Counted from the first letter of the stretch, positions 18,748-29,053 are shown. The stretch is DNA of 64,000 nt from Chloroflexota bacterium (GCA_002719295.1 PBHC01000016.1:23533-87532), one strand, 5' to 3'. The notes: a model not told the origin generated them from the sequence alone. Numbers and translations: made by a program.

Positions 18748-18979
18748 AATTATTTTTCCTATTGTTTATCTTTCTCTATTAAATTAATCTTACCTTATTT
18801 ATTGACATTTATATGTTTTAGTTATTAGATAAATTTAAGTACTTTATTAAGAGTTTTTATCAATTAGTTTAAAGATAAAATCATCACTATTGATTCTGAA
18901 GGTCTTTGTCTTGGTGTAAAGTGAGATTGTAAACTTACAAAGAAATTCAAAATTAATTTATTAGAAATATATTAATTTA

Positions 18980-19705
18980 ATGGCAAAAAAAAATACATAC
19001 AGTTCTTATAAAGATGCAATAAAAGATTTAAAAGACAATATTAGTATCATGATAGGTGGATTTGGAGTCCAAGGAGGCCAACCAACAAATTTAATGATTG
19101 CACTTAGAGACATGAATTTAAAAAATCTCACACTCATTGGAAACGTTGCAGGAATTTCTATGATTACTGGATATGGTTGGAAAGATTCAGATAAAGATAA
19201 AATTATTGATCAAAGTATTTTTTTTGAAAAAAAACAAGTAAAAAAAATTATTTGTTCATTTCCTATACCATCTCAACGAAATCCAGTTTCTGAAATAGAG
19301 AAAGCTTGGATAAATAACGAATCTGAAGTAGAAATTATCCCTCAGGGAACTTTAGCTGAGAAGATAAGAGCAGGAGGAGCTGGTATCCCTGCTTTCTACA
19401 CAAAAACAGGAGTGGGTACAATTATTGAAAATAATAAAGAATCAAAAATTATAAATGGAGAAAAATATTTACTAGAATATGCATTGAAAGCAGATGTTGC
19501 TTTAATAAAAGCCCATATATCTGATGAAAAAGGAAATTTAGTTTATAAAGGAACTTCAAGGGCATTCAATCCAATTATGGCAACAGCTTCTCGATTAACT
19601 GTGGCTGAGGTAGATAAAATAATACCTTCTAAGGATATTGATCCAGAGAGAATAGGAACACCAGGAGTTTATGTAGATAGAATAGTTGCTAAAAATAATG
19701 AATAA
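18980..19705 (+). CDS. 3-oxoacid CoA-transferase subunit A (family I)
   Basis: IMIGGFG, PQGTLAEKIRAGGAGIPAFYT, GNL, FNP-MA, TPGVYVD. Confidence 0.92.
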   Translation: MAKKNTYSSYKDAIKDLKDNISIMIGGFGVQGGQPTNLMIALRDMNLKNLTLIGNVAGISMITGYGWKDSDKDKIIDQSIFFEKKQVKKIICSFPIPSQRNPVSEIEKAWINNESEVEIIPQGTLAEKIRAGGAGIPAFYTKTGVGTIIENNKESKIINGEKYLLEYALKADVALIKAHISDEKGNLVYKGTSRAFNPIMATASRLTVAEVDKIIPSKDIDPERIGTPGVYVDRIVAKNNE

Positions 19706-20369
19706 CCCTAAAAAATTAAATAAAGAAGATATTGCATATAGAGCATCTCTAGAATTACCTCCAGATTCATACGTAAATTTAGGCATAGGTTTACCTTCTT
19801 TATGTTCAAAATATCTCAAAAAAGAAAATAATATTACCTTTCAAGCAGAAAATGGAATATTGGGATTTAATAAACTTTCAAAAAATAATGAACAAGATGA
19901 AAATTTTATTGATGCTGGAGGCCAATTTTTAGAACAAACTCCTGGTATATCATTTTTTGACTCTGCAGATTCATTTGGTATGATAAGAGGCGGTCATATT
20001 GATGTAACAGTATTAGGAGGGCTTCAAGTATCTGAAAAAGGAGATCTCGCTAATTGGATGATAAAAAGCAGAGGAATAGGCTCTATAGGAGGAGCAATGG
20101 ATCTGGTAACTGGTGCTAAAGAAGTAATAGTTACAATGGAACATATCACAAAAGAAAATAAATACAAAATTCTAAAAGAATGTGACTTCCCATTAACTGG
20201 TATTAATTGTGTGAATAAAATAATAACAGATATAGCTGTTATAGAAGTCGAAAAACAAGGATTAGTTATAACTGAAATTGCTGATGGATGGACTCTTGAA
20301 CAAGTTCAATTTCTTACTGAACCTAAATTACATGTAAACAAAGGAATAGCTCGTTATATTACTAAATAA
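19698..20369 (+). CDS. 3-oxoacid CoA-transferase subunit B
   Basis: VNLGIGLP, catalytic E in QAENG, IRGGHID, GDLANW, GGAMDL; start overlaps the subunit A stop. Confidence 0.92.
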   Translation: MNNPKKLNKEDIAYRASLELPPDSYVNLGIGLPSLCSKYLKKENNITFQAENGILGFNKLSKNNEQDENFIDAGGQFLEQTPGISFFDSADSFGMIRGGHIDVTVLGGLQVSEKGDLANWMIKSRGIGSIGGAMDLVTGAKEVIVTMEHITKENKYKILKECDFPLTGINCVNKIITDIAVIEVEKQGLVITEIADGWTLEQVQFLTEPKLHVNKGIARYITK

Positions 20370-20373
20370 TTAG

Positions 20374-21378
20374 TTATCTAACATCAACTATCAATTTTCC
20401 GAAATTTTCTCCTTCAAATAACTTCATGAAGGTTGAAGGTATATTTTCAAACCCTTTGTAAATGTCTTCTTTATATACTATATCTCCAGATTTTATCCAT
20501 TTGGAAATTGATTGTATTGCTTCTAAATATTTATGTTCAAAATTAAAAACAATAAACCCTTGCATTGTTGATTGTTTGGTCAACAAAGTTCTTGCCACTC
20601 TAGGACCTTGTGGGGGAACTTTAGCATTATAGTTTGCTATTTGACCGCAAACGGCTGTTCTTGAAAAATTAGAAATATGATTTAATACAGTGTCAGATAT
20701 TTCTCCACCGACATTATCAAAATACATATCTACAAAATTTTCTCCCATTGAACCAAGTTCTTTATCAATATCTTGTTCTTTATAATTTAAGCAGTAGTCA
20801 AAATTTAATTCGTTTTTACAGTATTCTACTTTTTCTTTTGAACCAGCAATTCCTATCACATTACAGCCCATTATTTTAGCAATTTGACCTACTATAGATC
20901 CAACTGCTCCTGATGCTGCTGAAACGACAATGGTTTCTCCTGGTTTTGGTTTGCATACTTCTAAAAACCCTAAATATGCTGTTCTACCGGGCATTCCTAG
21001 AACACCTAAAGAATATGTGATTGGTAAGCTTTTATCTTGAATAATTTTAGAAATATTGTTTTCGTTTAATGTTGCATATTGTTGCCAGCCGGATTTGGCA
21101 TTTACCATATCGCCAACTTTAAAATTTTTAGATTTTGATTCCACAATTTTTCCAACAATTTCACCTTCCATAACACCACCAATTTCAACAGGAGATGAAT
21201 AAGATGGCCCAGCATTCATTCTGCCTCTCATATAAGGATCTAGAGATAAATATTCAGCTTTAATTAAAACATCCCCATAATCTAGAGATTCCGTCTCTGT
21301 GACATTTATTTTCAGATCTTCTTCAATATTTGGAGTTCCAGATGGCCTTTTGCTTAGGATCCATTGTTTATTTTTCAT
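20374..21378 (-). CDS. NADP-dependent oxidoreductase (MDR, prostaglandin reductase/CurA-like)
   Basis: LSLDPYMRGRM, LGMPGRTAY, SAASGAVG, FDNVGG, GENFGK. Confidence 0.92.
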   Translation of the reverse strand: MKNKQWILSKRPSGTPNIEEDLKINVTETESLDYGDVLIKAEYLSLDPYMRGRMNAGPSYSSPVEIGGVMEGEIVGKIVESKSKNFKVGDMVNAKSGWQQYATLNENNISKIIQDKSLPITYSLGVLGMPGRTAYLGFLEVCKPKPGETIVVSAASGAVGSIVGQIAKIMGCNVIGIAGSKEKVEYCKNELNFDYCLNYKEQDIDKELGSMGENFVDMYFDNVGGEISDTVLNHISNFSRTAVCGQIANYNAKVPPQGPRVARTLLTKQSTMQGFIVFNFEHKYLEAIQSISKWIKSGDIVYKEDIYKGFENIPSTFMKLFEGENFGKLIVDVR

Positions 21379-21393
21379 TAATTCCTCTTTAAT

Positions 21394-22248
21394 TTAAATA
21401 TTAATTTCTAACAAATCTTCACCAACTATTATATTACCATCAAAAAAATCTGAAACACCTTGCTTCCATATTTCATTTAAATCATATTCAGGGGAACCAG
21501 TAGGAACAAGATGGTTTAAAATTAGATTTTTTACATTAGATTTTTTTGCAACATATCCGACTTCTTCTATAGAAGTATGCCCATTAATTATATGTTTCTT
21601 AAATGCTTCATTTCCTGGATAAGTTTTTTCTATAATTGCATCTACTCCTTCTAAATTTAGAACCTCATGTATTAAGTATTCTGAGTTTAAAGCAAATTTA
21701 ATAAGTTTTTCACTTTTTGAGGTGTCTCCTGAAAATACAACAAACTTATTTTCTAATTTGAATTTATAAGCAAAACTAGGCTTTGCTGCTGCATGAGGAA
21801 CAGTAATGCATTCAACTGAAATATTTTTATCTTTATAAATATGTGAGTCTTTTTCAATTTCATTTACATTGAAAATAGTTTCAAAATGCGGTCTGTTTTC
21901 TTCTCTTATTCTTAATTCAATGTCCCATTTCATATATTCTTTATATGAATCAATTATTGATCTTAAGGGAGTTGGTCCATAACATTGAATTTTTCCTTTA
22001 TGTCCGCTTTGCCAAGTTCTTAATAATAATGTTCCAAAATCAGCTACATGATCAGAATGATTATGAGTAATAAAAATAGCTTTGATTTTTTCTGGATCTA
22101 GATTAGCATTTGCTAATTGATTACAGACACCATCACCAGTATCTATAATATAAATATCATCTTCTATAACTAAGGCGCTTGAAGGTTGTGATCTTTGAGA
22201 CCATATTCTTGGACCTCCACCTGTTCCTAATAAAACTATTTTATTCAT
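21394..22248 (-). CDS. MBL-fold hydrolase, RNase Z / AtsA-type arylsulfatase-like
   Basis: LLGTGGGP, THNHSDH, FSGDT, LIHE, HTS, LNHLVP. Confidence 0.85.
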   Translation of the reverse strand: MNKIVLLGTGGGPRIWSQRSQPSSALVIEDDIYIIDTGDGVCNQLANANLDPEKIKAIFITHNHSDHVADFGTLLLRTWQSGHKGKIQCYGPTPLRSIIDSYKEYMKWDIELRIREENRPHFETIFNVNEIEKDSHIYKDKNISVECITVPHAAAKPSFAYKFKLENKFVVFSGDTSKSEKLIKFALNSEYLIHEVLNLEGVDAIIEKTYPGNEAFKKHIINGHTSIEEVGYVAKKSNVKNLILNHLVPTGSPEYDLNEIWKQGVSDFFDGNIIVGEDLLEINI

Positions 22249-22380
22249 GATGTTATTCTATTTGATAACTAAACATTTATTATCATTTATATCTTTTGAA
22301 ATAACATTATTATTAATTTTATTTATTTTCATATTTACGTTATGCTAAATATAATACTAACTACAATTAGTGAGGTATGA

Positions 22381-23241
22381 TTGAAAAGCTTAATTGATTT
22401 AGAGTTAAAAAACCCAATTCTTTTATGTAGTTGGCAAGGATGGCCGGATGCTGCTGAATCTGCTACAAAATCTATAGAAGAAATTATTTCTCAATTAGAA
22501 ATCATTGAATCTTATAAGATTTCTTCAGAGTCTTATTATATTTATTCAGACAAAAGACCTCATGTTTCTAACCCAAAGCCTGAAAATAGAAAAATTGATT
22601 GGCCTGAAAATAAATTCTCTTTTATCAAAACTAACGGTGAAAATGATCTTATTATTTTTGAAGGTATTGAACCAGATTTATACTGGAAAAAATACATTAA
22701 AGAATTTTTATCAGTTGTTAATTTTTTCAATGTTAATCAAGTTATAATGGTCGGGTCATTATTAGATTCAGTTCCACATACAAGAGAACCCAGAATAAGT
22801 GTTACAGCTACAAGATCCAAAAATAATAAGATTTTAAAGGGTATAAAGTTTCTTCCTCCTACATATGAAGGACCTGCAGGCATAACATCTGCTATTGGAG
22901 AAAAACTTGATGCAAAAAAGATTTCCGCTATTTCAATTTGGGGACATACTCCTCACTATTTACAAGTCACTCATAATCCTATTTTGTCTGCTGCAATAAT
23001 GAGAGAAATTGATAAAATGCTAAACCTAAATTTAGATTTTGATAAAATTTCAAAAAAATCAGAAGAATTCAGATCTTCTTTAAATTTGGCACTTGAAGAT
23101 CATAAAGAGATAACTAAATATGTTGAAAGACTTGAAGAGTCATATGACACAGAAGAAATGTCTAAAATAGATCCAGAACCCAAGCTGATTATAAAAGATC
23201 TTGAAAATTTTTTAAAAGAATCTAGAGAAAATCAAAATTGA
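22381..23241 (+). CDS. PAC2 family (proteasome assembly chaperone-like) protein
   Basis: GWPDAAESAT, G-EPD-W, VPHTR, YEGPAGI, PHY, YVERLE; TTG start with GAGGT RBS. Confidence 0.85.
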   Translation: MKSLIDLELKNPILLCSWQGWPDAAESATKSIEEIISQLEIIESYKISSESYYIYSDKRPHVSNPKPENRKIDWPENKFSFIKTNGENDLIIFEGIEPDLYWKKYIKEFLSVVNFFNVNQVIMVGSLLDSVPHTREPRISVTATRSKNNKILKGIKFLPPTYEGPAGITSAIGEKLDAKKISAISIWGHTPHYLQVTHNPILSAAIMREIDKMLNLNLDFDKISKKSEEFRSSLNLALEDHKEITKYVERLEESYDTEEMSKIDPEPKLIIKDLENFLKESRENQN

Positions 23242-23867
23242 AATCACTAGATAAACTTTTAAGCTCAAATTCATCTGAAATTGGTTTCTTTAGACAAAGT
23301 AATAAATCAATTGAGAAGCTAAATATTTTGGGAATTACAGAAATTCATTCTAATGAAAATAAATTTGATTGTGATGCATACATTGTTTCAAAAAAGAAAA
23401 AAACATCTCGTAAAAGTATTGGGAAATACATTAGTTCTTCTGACACGAATGATTCAATAAAAGATTTTGATTTTATAATTTTAGAAAATACAAAAGAGAC
23501 AAAAATTAATCTTCTAAGTTATGAAAAACCAATTTCCATTCAAATAGATCATACTAATCAATTAACTGAACTAAGATTAGCTACTCTAGACTCATTTGAT
23601 TTTGATTTTTATGTTTACAAAATTGAAAAAGATTTCATTTTTAATTTCCAAGAATTATTAAAAATGAAAGAAATATTGAATTCTATTAGATCTAATTGGT
23701 TCATTTTCTTAGATAAAAATACTCTCTCGGAAGAAGATATACAGTATATATATGATTTAGGGTTCTTAGGATTGATTATTGATTTAGATAAAGTTAATAT
23801 AAAAGATTTTAATAAAATTAAGACAAGTATAAAAAAAATAGAAGAAAAGAAAAATGGGAAAATTTGA
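23238..23867 (+). CDS. Hypothetical protein
   Basis: 209-aa ORF overlapping both neighbours in the PAC2-tyrA-aroA-gmk run; no motif recognised. Confidence 0.7.
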   Translation: MKSLDKLLSSNSSEIGFFRQSNKSIEKLNILGITEIHSNENKFDCDAYIVSKKKKTSRKSIGKYISSSDTNDSIKDFDFIILENTKETKINLLSYEKPISIQIDHTNQLTELRLATLDSFDFDFYVYKIEKDFIFNFQELLKMKEILNSIRSNWFIFLDKNTLSEEDIQYIYDLGFLGLIIDLDKVNIKDFNKIKTSIKKIEEKKNGKI

Positions 23868-24837
23868 CAATAAAAAAATATCAATATTTGGATTAGGAAA
23901 TATAGGTTACAATATAGCTCAAAAACTTGTAGAGCAGAATAATAATGTTAGTGTTCATGGGTTTGATATCAATAGAGAAAAATCAAGTATAGCAAATCAA
24001 TCTAAGGTTATTACGAAAGAAATGAAAAGTTATATTGATTCTATTGATGACTGTGATTTATTGATTATTTCAACTCCAACATCATCAACCTATGAGATAT
24101 TTGAATCATTACAGAATGTAATAAATGAAAAGACTTTGATTTTTGACATCTGTTCTTCAAAAAGAGCAATAAATGAGTGGTCTAATGAATTATTGCCAAA
24201 TAATCAAATTATAGGCCTTTACCCTTTTATTAATCATGATTCAATCCTTAATAATAATTGGGGTGTTGTCTCATATAAAAACACAAATTCTCAAGTTACT
24301 GACTTAGCTAATACTTTTGTACAAGAAATGCAAGGATTAGTAATAAACCTTGATCTTTCTGAACACGATAGTTTTATTGCATTGACAGAAACTATGCCTA
24401 TGATTTTGACTTCAAATCTACTTAATTTATCAAATAGCTCTTCATGGAAAGAATTATACAAATATTTTAATAATGATGAATTTAAATTATTTTCAAAGCC
24501 TCTTGATAACGACCCTGTTAAAATATTTTCTTCCATATCAACTAACAATGACTTGCTACTTGAATGGATAAAATTATACATAAATGACTTAGTTGAATTT
24601 CAGAAGCTTTTAGAAAAAAACTCAGAAGCTGAAATTGCAGAATTAGTCAAGAAGACATGGGAAGATAGATTGAAAATAACTAATAATATAGATCCAAGCT
24701 TAGATTCAGGTGAAAATATTATCCCTTCATCTTCTGAAAATATATTATCTTTATTTATAGGATCTAGAGCAGCTAGATTTTTTACAAAATCAAAAGAGAT
24801 TGATAAAGATAAATATGGATTTGAAAAAAGGATTTGA
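23854..24837 (+). CDS. tyrA: Prephenate/arogenate dehydrogenase-like protein (divergent)
   Basis: GLGNIG Rossmann motif, STP, DICSSK, EHD, position directly upstream of aroA; HPMAG motif replaced. Confidence 0.72.
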   Translation: MGKFDNKKISIFGLGNIGYNIAQKLVEQNNNVSVHGFDINREKSSIANQSKVITKEMKSYIDSIDDCDLLIISTPTSSTYEIFESLQNVINEKTLIFDICSSKRAINEWSNELLPNNQIIGLYPFINHDSILNNNWGVVSYKNTNSQVTDLANTFVQEMQGLVINLDLSEHDSFIALTETMPMILTSNLLNLSNSSSWKELYKYFNNDEFKLFSKPLDNDPVKIFSSISTNNDLLLEWIKLYINDLVEFQKLLEKNSEAEIAELVKKTWEDRLKITNNIDPSLDSGENIIPSSSENILSLFIGSRAARFFTKSKEIDKDKYGFEKRI

Positions 24838-24840
24838 TTT

Positions 24841-26121
24841 ATGGAATATTCATTATCTAGCAAAGAGTCATTAAGGGGAGATATTACTATTCCTCCAGAT
24901 AAATCTTTATCACATAGAGCTGTAATGTTTAATTCTCTTGCAGATGGAAAAGCTAACATATCTAATTTTCTAATGGGTGAAGATTGCTTGTCCACTATTT
25001 CAGTTCTTAGAGATTTAGGAGTTAAAATTGAAGTTTCAGATAATAATGTTACAACTTATGGAAAAGGGATAAATTCGTTATCAAAACCTGACAAAATATT
25101 AGATGTTGGAAATTCAGGAACAACAATAAGACTTATGTCTGGAATACTTGCAGGAAGAAATTTTGATTGTACATTAGACGGTGATTCATCAATAAGAAAA
25201 CGTCCAATGAATCGAATAATCAAGCCATTGAATATGATGGGTGCTAATATTTCTGCAAATAATAATAATGATAATGCTCCTATTCATTTCAATGGTGGGA
25301 ACCTTAAAAGAATCGATTACTCTTTGCCTGTAGCAAGTGCTCAGTTAAAAAGCTCATTGATTTTAGCAGGATTAAGATCTGAAAATGGAATCAAAATAAA
25401 AGAAAAAGCTACTTCTAGAGATCATACTGAGAGGCTTTTAAGAAATATGGGAGCAGATATTATTACGAATGGCCTTGAAATTACAGTTAATCCTTCTGAA
25501 ATTGAATCAAGAGATATAATTGTTCCGGGAGATATATCAAGTGCTTCTTTTTGGCTAGTGGCAGCTTGCATACATAATGATGCAGAATTAACAATCAGAA
25601 ATGTAGGTATTAATAAAACTCGATCTGGAATTATCAGTGTTTTAGAGAGAATGGGAGCTTCTATAGAATTCTTTAATGAAAAAGATTACTCTGGAGAACC
25701 TGCATGTGATATTTTTGTTAAGACCTCTTCCTTGAAATCTACAGAAATTTCAGGTAGTGAAATACCTTTATTGATAGATGAAATTCCGATAATTGCTTTA
25801 GCTGCTGTATTTGCAGAAGGTCAAACCAAAATTATTGATGCTGAAGAACTAAGATATAAAGAATCTGATAGGATATCTCTTACTGTAAACTGGATGAAAA
25901 AAGCTGGAGCTATTGTTGAAGAACTACAAGATGGAATGATTATAACTGGGAATCAAACCATTAATGGAGGAAATTTTTCTTCTAACGGTGATCATAGATT
26001 AGCAATGACATTAGGAATTGCAAGTTTAGTCTCTAAAAACGACATAATAGTTACAAATCCTGAAGCATCTAATGTTTCATATCCTGGTTTTTGGGAATAC
26101 TTAAACAATTTAGAGGATTGA
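24841..26121 (+). CDS. aroA: 3-phosphoshikimate 1-carboxyvinyltransferase (EPSP synthase, class II)
   Basis: DKSLSHRA, GNSGTTIRL, RPMNR, SAQLKS, RDHTE, DEIP, KESDR, DHRLAM. Confidence 0.97.
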   Translation: MEYSLSSKESLRGDITIPPDKSLSHRAVMFNSLADGKANISNFLMGEDCLSTISVLRDLGVKIEVSDNNVTTYGKGINSLSKPDKILDVGNSGTTIRLMSGILAGRNFDCTLDGDSSIRKRPMNRIIKPLNMMGANISANNNNDNAPIHFNGGNLKRIDYSLPVASAQLKSSLILAGLRSENGIKIKEKATSRDHTERLLRNMGADIITNGLEITVNPSEIESRDIIVPGDISSASFWLVAACIHNDAELTIRNVGINKTRSGIISVLERMGASIEFFNEKDYSGEPACDIFVKTSSLKSTEISGSEIPLLIDEIPIIALAAVFAEGQTKIIDAEELRYKESDRISLTVNWMKKAGAIVEELQDGMIITGNQTINGGNFSSNGDHRLAMTLGIASLVSKNDIIVTNPEASNVSYPGFWEYLNNLED

Positions 26122-26122
26122 T

Positions 26123-26692
26123 TTGTCAAATAATAGTCCACAAATATTCTTAATTTCCGGACCTTCAGGAGTAGGAAAAGATTCCATTATTGATGAAATA
26201 AGAAAATCATATAAAAATTTTCATTTTGTTATAACAGCTGTTACAAGAAAAAAAAGATCTGACGAGAAAGACGGAGTTAACCATTTTTTTATTTCAGAAG
26301 AAAAATTTCAATTAATGATTGATAACGATGAACTCATTGAATGGTCAAAAGTATATAAAAATTTTTATGGTGTTCCAAAATCGCAAATTGAAAAACCTTT
26401 AAGTGAGGGTAAATCAATTATATTAAGAGTTGATGTTCAAGGTGCTCAGAAAATAAAAGAAATAATGCCTAATATTGTTTTAATTTTTATTAAACCTGAA
26501 AATTTAGATTTTATAAATAAACATCTAAGAGATAGAGGAGAAAATTCAGAGGAAGAGATTAAAAGAAGATTAGATACAGCTGAGAAAGAAATATTGTTAT
26601 CTAGGAATTTTGATTATGTTATTACTAATCCAGAGGGTAATATTGAGTATGTTATTGATACTGTAAAAGATATAATTAATAAAAATTTATAA
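26123..26692 (+). CDS. gmk: Guanylate kinase
   Basis: SGPSGVGKD, TRKKR-E-DG, YG, DVQGA; TTG start. Confidence 0.95.
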   Translation: MSNNSPQIFLISGPSGVGKDSIIDEIRKSYKNFHFVITAVTRKKRSDEKDGVNHFFISEEKFQLMIDNDELIEWSKVYKNFYGVPKSQIEKPLSEGKSIILRVDVQGAQKIKEIMPNIVLIFIKPENLDFINKHLRDRGENSEEEIKRRLDTAEKEILLSRNFDYVITNPEGNIEYVIDTVKDIINKNL

Positions 26693-26696
26693 ATAT

Positions 26697-27833
26697 ATGA
26701 ATATACGAAAAATACTAATATCTCCACAAGAATTTAAGGAAAGTTTAACAGGACTTGAAGTTGCAAAAGCAATACAAGTTGGAATTAATAATATTGATTC
26801 GAGCATAGAAACTGTATTAGTTCCCGTCGCTGATGGAGGAGACGGAACTTTACAGACTATGGTTGACGTTACTGGTGGTGAAATTGTCGAAGAAACTGTT
26901 AGTGACCCCTTAGGAAGAAAAATTAGCTCAGTATGGGGGAAATTAGGTGATGATAACAGTGCAGTTATAGAAATGGCAAAGGCATCTGGGTTGGCTCTAT
27001 TAAAAGATAAAGAAAAATCGGCAACACTAACTTCCACTTACGGGACAGGTGAATTATTTAAAAAAGCACTTGATAATGGGATATCTAATTTTATAGTAGG
27101 TATCGGAGGGAGTGCTACTAATGATGGAGGAGCTGGATTTATTTCTGCTTTAGGGGCAAAGCTTCTTGATGAAAATAATAACCTAATAGAACCTTGTGGG
27201 AAAAATTTAAATCAAATAACTAAAATTGATATGACAAATTTTGATAACAGAATTCAGAACATATCTGTAAAAGTTGCATGTGATGTAACTAATCCACTTT
27301 GTGGTGAAGAAGGAGCATCTGCGATTTTTGGACCTCAAAAAGGTGCTTCACCTTCTGAGATTAAGTTTCTTGATGAAAATTTATTGCATTGGGCAAACCT
27401 AATAAAAGACCATCTAGGAAAAGATATTTTAAATGTTCCAGGATCTGGAGCAGCAGGAGGTTTAGGGGCAGGATTGATGGCATTTACTAATGCTGAATTG
27501 TCTATAGGAGCTAATATAGTTTTAGATTCTTTAGAATATGAAAAGCATTTAGAAGGTGTAGACTTAGTAATTGTTGGTGAAGGAAGTACAGATAAATCTA
27601 CACAATTCAATAAATCTCCAGTAGCTGTAGCTATGAGAGCAAAAAAACTTGGGATTCCTGTTATATGTTTATCAGGATCTATTGGAGATGGATATAAAGA
27701 TTCAAGAGAATTAGGTATAACCTCATTTTTTAGCATTGTCTCTGGACCAACAGACTTAAAATATGCTATTGATAATGCTTATGACTTAATAATTAAGTCT
27801 TCTGAAGAAATTATAAGATCAGTTTTAATCTAG
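26697..27833 (+). CDS. garK: Glycerate kinase (GarK/GlxK class I)
   Basis: FKESL, ADGGDGT, EMAKASG, GGSATNDGG, FGPQKGA, GAAGGLG, GEG. Confidence 0.93.
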   Translation: MNIRKILISPQEFKESLTGLEVAKAIQVGINNIDSSIETVLVPVADGGDGTLQTMVDVTGGEIVEETVSDPLGRKISSVWGKLGDDNSAVIEMAKASGLALLKDKEKSATLTSTYGTGELFKKALDNGISNFIVGIGGSATNDGGAGFISALGAKLLDENNNLIEPCGKNLNQITKIDMTNFDNRIQNISVKVACDVTNPLCGEEGASAIFGPQKGASPSEIKFLDENLLHWANLIKDHLGKDILNVPGSGAAGGLGAGLMAFTNAELSIGANIVLDSLEYEKHLEGVDLVIVGEGSTDKSTQFNKSPVAVAMRAKKLGIPVICLSGSIGDGYKDSRELGITSFFSIVSGPTDLKYAIDNAYDLIIKSSEEIIRSVLI

Positions 27834-27841
27834 GAGTAGTT

Positions 27842-29053
27842 ATGTTAAAAGAGAATGTAGATTTAGTGATAATAGGTGGTGGAATCATTGGTTTAGCAAC
27901 AGCTAATGAAATATTGAGAACTAAAAAAAATATAAATATTATAGTTTTAGAAAAGAGTTCTTCTGTAGCTTCGCAACAATCTGGTCATAACTCTGGTGTG
28001 ATTCATTCCGGAATATATTATAAACCAGGATCATTCAAGGCTCAGTTTTGTGTTGAAGGCAGAAAAACTATGACTGAATTTTGTGAAAAAAACGAAATCC
28101 CTGTTTGGACTTGTGGTAAATTAATAGTTGCTACCAAAGAATCAGATTTGGATAAAATAGATAATCTTTATGAGAGAGGAACAGAAAATAAAGTTGAAGG
28201 GTTAAAAGTAGTATCTCAAGACGAAATGAAAGAAATTGAGCCTCATGTAAAAGCAATTAAGGCATTGCATGCACCAAAAACAGGAATTGTAGACTATATA
28301 AAAGTTACTGAAGTGTACGCTGATCAATTTAGACACAATGGTGGAGAAGTATTTTTAGATACTGAAGTATTAGGATCAGAAGAGTCAAATGGTAAATTAA
28401 TTATAAAAACTAACAAAGGTGATATTGAGACTAAAAAAGTGATAAATTGTGCTGGCTTACATTCAGATAGAATAGCTAAAATGTTTGGCATGAAAACTGA
28501 TTTGAAAATAATTCCTTTTAGAGGTGAATATTACACTTTGAAAAAATCTAAAGAACATCTTGTTAAAGGATTGATTTATCCTGTTCCAAATCCAGAATTA
28601 CCTTTTCTTGGAGTTCATTTTACTCAAACTATGAAAGGCTTTGTTGAAGCTGGCCCTAACGCAGTTTTGGCAACAAAAAGAGAAGGATATAGAAAAAGAG
28701 ACATATCATTACGTGATACATTAGAAACTTTTACATATAGTGGTTTTTGGAATCTTTTAAAAAATGATTGGAAAACAGGAATATGGGAAATTAACAGATC
28801 GCTTAGAAAATCTGTTTTTGTTAAAAGCTTAAGAGAATTAATTCCAGAAGTGAATAGTTCTGATCTTGATGTAGGAGGATCTGGAGTGAGGGCTCAAGCT
28901 GTTGCACCTGACGGTTCATTAATTGATGATTTTAAAATTGAAGGTTCTGAAAATGCTATACATGTCTTAAATGCTCCTTCACCTGGAGCAACATCTTCAT
29001 TAGTTATTGGAAAATATATTAGTAATCTTGCTGTAAAAGAATTAGGAATATAA
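27842..29053 (+). CDS. lhgO: L-2-hydroxyglutarate oxidase/dehydrogenase
   Basis: GGGIIG, QSGHNSGVIHSGIYY, PFRGEY, YPVP-P-LPFLGVH, GVRAQA, NAPSPGAT. Confidence 0.93.
   Translation: MLKENVDLVIIGGGIIGLATANEILRTKKNINIIVLEKSSSVASQQSGHNSGVIHSGIYYKPGSFKAQFCVEGRKTMTEFCEKNEIPVWTCGKLIVATKESDLDKIDNLYERGTENKVEGLKVVSQDEMKEIEPHVKAIKALHAPKTGIVDYIKVTEVYADQFRHNGGEVFLDTEVLGSEESNGKLIIKTNKGDIETKKVINCAGLHSDRIAKMFGMKTDLKIIPFRGEYYTLKKSKEHLVKGLIYPVPNPELPFLGVHFTQTMKGFVEAGPNAVLATKREGYRKRDISLRDTLETFTYSGFWNLLKNDWKTGIWEINRSLRKSVFVKSLRELIPEVNSSDLDVGGSGVRAQAVAPDGSLIDDFKIEGSENAIHVLNAPSPGATSSLVIGKYISNLAVKELGI

Noticed and set aside
24835..24843. tyrA stop TGA is in frame with aroA (TGA TTT ATG), suggesting Sec or readthrough to a TyrA-AroA fusion
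   Set aside because: One-in-three chance arrangement; no SECIS-like hairpin seen after the UGA, the position is not a redox site, and aroA has its own ATG
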